A stretch of 64,000 nt of DNA, taken from IMG/VR virus record IMGVR_UViG_3300032293_001310, positions 1-64,000 of that record; one strand, written 5' to 3'. Each line of letters opens with the position of its first letter. Position 1 is the first letter of the stretch. The notes under the pieces were generated by a model that made no database searches, was not told the DNA's origin, and saw only the letters and a list, made by a program, of their open reading frames with translations. Shown here in pieces: positions 59,402 through 64,000 of this stretch. Source of the stretch: a virus. The translations under genes and the position numbers were made by a program.

Positions 59402-60445
59402 ATGAGTACTACTACCAATACTACTATTCCATATGTCATCAAGACAAATGGCTCCGTGACACTTTATCTAAACAATGAGTGTCTGACCGTTGCTACTGAC
59501 CATCCCAACTATAATAAGATCATTGAGAGCATCAAGGCTGGTGATTTTTCTAATATTGATAATCTTGTCAATATTGCCAAGGCTATAGTTTCTTTTACTT
59601 ATGGCCAATCCGTCTCGGTGGTGAATGGCGAGATTTTCTATAATGGCTTTGCTATTCATAATACACTTACCACTCGCATCCTCAAGATGATGACAGATGG
59701 GTTTAAGTTTGACCATATGGTCAAGTTCCTTGACAACCTGATGCAAAATCCCAGCAAGCGTGCGGTGGATGAAACATACTGGTTCCTTGAGAACTATGGT
59801 CTGCCTATCACCGACGATGGTTGCTTCCTTGCCTATAAGGCGGTTCGTAATAACTACACAGATATTTATAGCGGCAAGTTCAACAATGGCATTGGTGCTG
59901 TTGTGTCTATGCCTCGTAATATGGTGGACGACAACTATGGTTTGGATTGTAGCAATGGTCTGCACGTTGGTGCTCTTGACTATGTTGTTCAGTATGGACA
60001 CTTCAAGAAGGGCGAGGCTCCTGTTGCTGGTGGTAATCGCCTGCTTATCGTCAAGGTTAATCCCAAGGACGTAGTCAGCGTTCCTAAGTACGAGGGCCAT
60101 ACCAAGATGCGTGTGTGTGAATACACTGTCGTGTCGGAAATCAACGACGTAATCAAAGAACTGGACAAGGTTGTTTATACCAGCAAGGCTGAAGAAATCC
60201 AGCCCGACAATGATCATGACTATGATGAAGATTACAGCGATTCTAACGATGACCTGTGCGACAATAGTGCGTGCAGTTGCTCTTCTGAGCAGAATGATTG
60301 CGACATTGTTGAGCAAGAGTATATTGCTGGAACCAACGACGGAAAGAATGATCGTTCTGCTGGTCTTGACTATGGCACAAATATGCGTTCTGAATCCAGC
60401 ATGGATTATCACAACGGATATTTTGACGAGTATTATATGAGATAA
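59402..60445 (+). CDS. rIIB: rIIB-like protein
   Basis: NPS......Y.FL....LPIT.DG.FLAYK.V, MPR..VDD....CS.GLHVG, VKVNP.DVVSVP......KMRVCEY.V. Confidence 0.9.
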   Translation: MSTTTNTTIPYVIKTNGSVTLYLNNECLTVATDHPNYNKIIESIKAGDFSNIDNLVNIAKAIVSFTYGQSVSVVNGEIFYNGFAIHNTLTTRILKMMTDGFKFDHMVKFLDNLMQNPSKRAVDETYWFLENYGLPITDDGCFLAYKAVRNNYTDIYSGKFNNGIGAVVSMPRNMVDDNYGLDCSNGLHVGALDYVVQYGHFKKGEAPVAGGNRLLIVKVNPKDVVSVPKYEGHTKMRVCEYTVVSEINDVIKELDKVVYTSKAEEIQPDNDHDYDEDYSDSNDDLCDNSACSCSSEQNDCDIVEQEYIAGTNDGKNDRSAGLDYGTNMRSESSMDYHNGYFDEYYMR

Positions 60446-60507
60446 AATTTGGTAAGGTAAACTAACTAAAAACAAATAACATAATTAACAATTAACATAT
60501 TAAACTT

Positions 60508-60870
60508 ATGTCTAATAAAAAGAAGAATACAATAAACATCGAGTGGCCCACAAATCGCCACTTTACTATCGACGACATCCAGAACATGTATCCGGATGCT
60601 GTGAACATCACTCTTCGTTTCAGAGTGAACAAGGCGGTTGAAAGCAAGCAGATCGTTGCTATCGGCAAGATTAAACCTGCTATTGGTCGTCCTAAGATGG
60701 TGTTTGCTTCGGCAAATCCTTCTAAGGAAGTCCTTGATGCCGCCAAGACTGCTGGCGTCATCTTCAACGACGAACCCAAGGCTGCTATTACTGTTGCCGA
60801 GGTCAAGTCCGAAAAGAAGGCTAAGGCCACCCCAGCCTCTGTGCCTGCGGTTAATGTTGCCGCTAGTTAA
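60508..60870 (+). CDS. Small putative winged-helix DNA-binding protein
   Basis: FTI.D......ITLR.RV..........G......GRP..VF (GRP wing); Ala/Lys tail. Confidence 0.5.
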   Translation: MSNKKKNTINIEWPTNRHFTIDDIQNMYPDAVNITLRFRVNKAVESKQIVAIGKIKPAIGRPKMVFASANPSKEVLDAAKTAGVIFNDEPKAAITVAEVKSEKKAKATPASVPAVNVAAS

Positions 60871-60893
60871 TAAATAACAAAGGTTATATGCGA

Positions 60894-60925
60894 GAACCGT
60901 TGAGGCAAAAAACCTCAACGGTTTT
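60894..60925 (+). terminator. Rho-independent terminator
   Basis: gaaccgttgagg-caaaaaa-cctcaacggtttt. Confidence 0.8.
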
Positions 60926-60984
60926 CTATTTATATGTACAAAAGACTGGTCAAAGGTAATTTTGATCTTTAATATAGGTTGTAT

Positions 60985-61191
60985 ATGATAGACGCAATAA
61001 CAGAAATAATTAAATCTTGGCACGGTGCTTGGCAGTTTGTGTTCTTATTCGGCACAGCATTCTTGTTTATGGTAGTGAATGTATCGCTGATAGATGCTAT
61101 ATCTACGTTTTTTAATAATACATTACCAATACTGTTGAGAGGATATCCTCCTTCACATATGAAAAAGGACACAGAGAAAGACGATGACTAA
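60985..61191 (+). CDS. Small membrane protein
   Basis: One hydrophobic helix, then R.GYPP; ATG at 60985. Confidence 0.55.
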   Translation: MIDAITEIIKSWHGAWQFVFLFGTAFLFMVVNVSLIDAISTFFNNTLPILLRGYPPSHMKKDTEKDDD

Positions 61192-61432
61192 ACTCATCAT
61201 AAATTCCGGGAATGTATGTTTGGCTAAATATATAGATAAGCCTTATATTTCATCGTCGCCACTTATACAAGTGGAGGTAACGTGTGGAAGTTGTAATTTA
61301 ACATTTGCTACAAATAACTATATACCAGACAAAAACAGATATATATCAAATTGTCCTCATTGCGGTAAATGGAATAGGCTAAATTTGTATACTATGGGGG
61401 TAAAAGAACGGCGTTTTTTGACTACCTTCTGA
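61184..61432 (+). CDS. Zinc-ribbon protein
   Basis: CGSC...CPHC. Confidence 0.55.
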   Translation: MTKLIINSGNVCLAKYIDKPYISSSPLIQVEVTCGSCNLTFATNNYIPDKNRYISNCPHCGKWNRLNLYTMGVKERRFLTTF

Positions 61433-61451
61433 TAGTTATAATAATACAAGA

Positions 61452-62219
61452 ATGAGCCTATTTATAAAAAGAAGCCCACCGGCTGACGGCAATCCTGACG
61501 GCATTATATATGCTCCGCAAGGCGCGCTCTTTTTTAAGACTGGGTCTTTTTACAAAGTTAATTATTCTGGGTCAAACCACGGTGGCAGTTGGGAAAATGT
61601 ATTTTTTCAACCAACCAAGTTATCTTTTATATTACAAACGATTAGAGATATAAGTTTATTAAACAAACCTTTGTCCGGACCATATTTGTATATAAAGACG
61701 ACCGGAAATATATCTAATACGGGATGGAAATATTTGGGAAACCGAAATCCATTTATCCCGCTTCCAACTCCAACTCCATCAGTAACTCGGACGGTGACTC
61801 CAACAATTACTCCAACACCAACGATCACTCCGACAATTACTCCAACACCAACCACAAGTGTAACGGTTACCCCGACTATTACACCCACAAGAACTTTAAC
61901 CAAAACTCCAACTCCCACTAAGACGCCAACTAAGACGCCAACCAAGACGCCAACTTCAACTCCTACCAGAACACCCGACGGGTATATTACACCGACTCCT
62001 ACCAGAACTCCGGATGGCTACATCACTCCGACACCAACTAACAGTATTACGCCAACAATTACACCGACACTCTCGTCCACTCCAACAAAGACGCCAACGG
62101 CGACACCGACAAAAACACCGACCATAACGCCTACAAAAACACCAACAGTGACGCCAACAGTGACGCCAACAGTGACGACAACGATGACACCGACAGAAAG
62201 TCCTCCATATAGTATTTAA
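61452..62219 (+). CDS. Virion-type N-terminal domain plus Thr/Pro mucin-like tail
   Basis: GNPDG.I.AP.G.L and YIKT.G...TGW fibre-like motifs, then about 150 aa of TPT repeats. Confidence 0.7.
   Translation: MSLFIKRSPPADGNPDGIIYAPQGALFFKTGSFYKVNYSGSNHGGSWENVFFQPTKLSFILQTIRDISLLNKPLSGPYLYIKTTGNISNTGWKYLGNRNPFIPLPTPTPSVTRTVTPTITPTPTITPTITPTPTTSVTVTPTITPTRTLTKTPTPTKTPTKTPTKTPTSTPTRTPDGYITPTPTRTPDGYITPTPTNSITPTITPTLSSTPTKTPTATPTKTPTITPTKTPTVTPTVTPTVTTTMTPTESPPYSI
61760..62195 (+). repeat. Coding low-complexity (T-P-T-x) repeat
   Basis: [10 protein letters not shown] x3, [12 protein letters not shown] x2, TPTV x3. Confidence 0.85.
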
Positions 62220-62220
62220 T

Positions 62221-62982
62221 ATGTTTAAATGGTTACATAATGTTATAAAAAAAAGATACGAGGTATCAATCGTAATTCCTACCTACAAAAATACAAAATT
62301 TTTGGAGGAATGTGTTAGGTCTGTGATCAAGTCTGCTAAAAAATGCAGCAATTTTGAGATATTACTCGGCATAGACAGTTGTAGAGAGACATTAAATTTT
62401 GTATCCAACAATAGGTTGTTTCTTCATAAAAACATAAAAGTACTATTTTTTTCAAAGAATTTGGGTCCATATATAATAAGAAATACATTAACAACAATGT
62501 CGTCGTATGAAAATATATTATTCTTCGATTCAGACGACGTGATGATGGAAAATACAATAGAAACTTTACTTGAAAAATTTCAAGATAAAGATATTTTAAA
62601 ATGTAAGTTTTATAATTTTTATGACGGAAAAGACTATAAAAATATTGAAAACCTTGAAATATCAAGTATGTTTTCTCACGGCGCGTTTTTGATAAATAAA
62701 AATAAATTTTTGGAAATGAACGGGTTTTTTGGTTGGAAGTTTGGGGCAGACGCGGAGTTCGAAGAGCGATGCATTGGAAACAACCATCCAGTTCTAAGAT
62801 TAGAAATTCCATTGTATTATAGAAGATATCATAACCACAATTTAACTAGGAGACCGGACACGGGAATTGGTTCTAAACTGAGAAATAAATATAGTAAAAT
62901 TATTTTGGAACGACGAGAATTTAAAAACTGGACAAACCCGAAAATTATGGATACATTTAATGCTATTCGTATAATACTATGA
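62221..62982 (+). CDS. Glycosyltransferase family 2
   Basis: VSIVIPTY....L.ECV.SV, N.G.Y..RN, FFDSDD. Confidence 0.85.
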   Translation: MFKWLHNVIKKRYEVSIVIPTYKNTKFLEECVRSVIKSAKKCSNFEILLGIDSCRETLNFVSNNRLFLHKNIKVLFFSKNLGPYIIRNTLTTMSSYENILFFDSDDVMMENTIETLLEKFQDKDILKCKFYNFYDGKDYKNIENLEISSMFSHGAFLINKNKFLEMNGFFGWKFGADAEFEERCIGNNHPVLRLEIPLYYRRYHNHNLTRRPDTGIGSKLRNKYSKIILERREFKNWTNPKIMDTFNAIRIIL

Positions 62983-63824
62983 ACGAGTGCGATTTAAACG
63001 AAGATATTCATCAATATCCAATTCGGCCTTCCGAAAATACATTTAATTGCCATGGAAATAGAGAACAACTCTACGAAGCAGAAGTATTGAAAACAGTTGT
63101 ACCCGAAATTGTAGTATATACTTGTATATCCGGCGATTATGATGAATTAAGAGAAGTATCACGTCCGGAAAAAGATATAAAATACGTCTGTTTTACAGAT
63201 CAAAAAATAGAAAGCAAAACTTGGAAAGTTTGTCCAATACCTAAATTTCTAAATTCACTCGAACCCACAAAGATTGCAAGATGCATAAAAATACTTCCTC
63301 ACTTATTTTTATCCGAATATAATATTTCCGTGTGGGTCGATGGAAATATTCAAGTCTTGGGAAATATAAAAGAATTGGTGAATAGCAATTTAAAAAATTA
63401 TTTTGCCATACCAAAGCATCCCGACCGGATATGTTTATATCAAGAAGCCGAGACAGTAATTAAATTAAAAAAAGATACGGAATATAATGTAAACAAACAA
63501 TTACAGATATATAGAGATAAAAACTATCCAAAAAACAACGGAATGGTTCAAAGTAATATCATAATCAGAAAACATAATGATTCTCGCTGTATTAAAATTT
63601 GCAATCTTTGGTGGAATGAAGTGCGACAGTTTTCCAGAAGAGATCAATTGTCATTCAACTATGTAATATGGAAAAAAAATGTCATCATAGATATAATGAA
63701 TCCAAATTTGGTAGTGAGCAAACACTTACAGATATGGAAACATATTTCTAAGGGAAATCAAAAGTCTTATTTAAGAAAAGGGTATGGTGATTTAAAAAAT
63801 TATATAAACGGAACTGAAGTATGA
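62979..63824 (+). CDS. DUF616/TOD1-MUCI70-like glycosyltransferase
   Basis: VVYTCISG.YD.L, CFTD, KILPH, SVWVDGN, HP.R.C.Y.EA, RDQLSFNY. Confidence 0.8.
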   Translation: MNECDLNEDIHQYPIRPSENTFNCHGNREQLYEAEVLKTVVPEIVVYTCISGDYDELREVSRPEKDIKYVCFTDQKIESKTWKVCPIPKFLNSLEPTKIARCIKILPHLFLSEYNISVWVDGNIQVLGNIKELVNSNLKNYFAIPKHPDRICLYQEAETVIKLKKDTEYNVNKQLQIYRDKNYPKNNGMVQSNIIIRKHNDSRCIKICNLWWNEVRQFSRRDQLSFNYVIWKKNVIIDIMNPNLVVSKHLQIWKHISKGNQKSYLRKGYGDLKNYINGTEV

Positions 63825-64000
63825 TATATTATTGCATACCATATAGTATAGAAAAAAATTTGGCAAAAGCGTATAATGAATTTGTTAATTTATTACCATC
63901 CGACGACGACTATGCCTGTTTTGTTGATGGTGATACTATATTTACAACTTCCGATTATGGGCATACGATAGATAGTGCCGTGAGAGCATATCCGGACATC
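63821..64000 (+). CDS. Glycosyltransferase (GT-A fold), 3'-truncated
   Basis: Translated by eye: MIYYCIPYSIEKNLAKAYNEFVNLLPSDDDYACFVDGDTIF...; ATGA overlap; not in the ORF track. Confidence 0.7.
   Translation, partial: MIYYCIPYSIEKNLAKAYNEFVNLLPSDDDYACFVDGDTIFTTSDYGHTIDSAVRAYPDI

Noticed and set aside
61607-61945. Val/Gly-rich minus-strand ORF (also the Pro-rich ORF at 17612-17962)
   Set aside because: These are reverse-complement shadows of the Thr/Pro and Gly-rich coding repeats.
1-64000. Stop-codon reassignment
   Set aside because: Core genes are intact in code 11, and paralogous LamG genes end at the same residue with TAA, TGA or TAG.

Overview
This 64 kb window comes from a large lytic myovirus (jumbo, T4-superfamily-like gene content). 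It uses the standard genetic code and is almost entirely + strand. From left to right: (1) 1-18.1 kb is an adsorption/decoration region. It holds the end of a long fibre gene with a Gly-Ser/Thr-Ser/Thr collagen-like tract, a tandem array of 14 paralogous LamG/concanavalin-A-like genes with constant ends and highly divergent cores, a fibrinogen-like gene and small fibre/Gly-rich genes. (2) 18.1-19.8 kb is an inverted sulfotransferase + GT8 pair. (3) 20-42 kb is the contractile tail module (sheath, tube, two paralogous assembly-chaperone genes, tape measure, baseplate). It is interleaved with about 10 genes sharing an amphipathic N-terminal 'MxKSELKxLIKE' leader and internal (L/I/V)-x-E sites; these are candidate head-packaged, protease-processed cargo and include a HAD phosphatase, a GP88-like protein and a beads-on-a-string polyprotein. 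(4) 42-53 kb covers replication and nucleotide metabolism: a short divergent family A polymerase, gp32-like SSB, RecA/UvsX, RNase H/FEN, DnaB and NrdB-NrdA. (5) 54-61 kb is an early block with MoxR AAA, VWA, rIIA and rIIB. (6) 61-64 kb has a Thr/Pro mucin-like protein followed by three glycosyltransferases. Two promoter classes are visible: sigma70-like TTGAC-N16/17-YAnnnT, several apparently leaderless, and a late-type ATA(T/G)TTATA motif. I saw no tRNA, CRISPR array, intron or intein. All family assignments come from motif recognition by eye, not from database searches.
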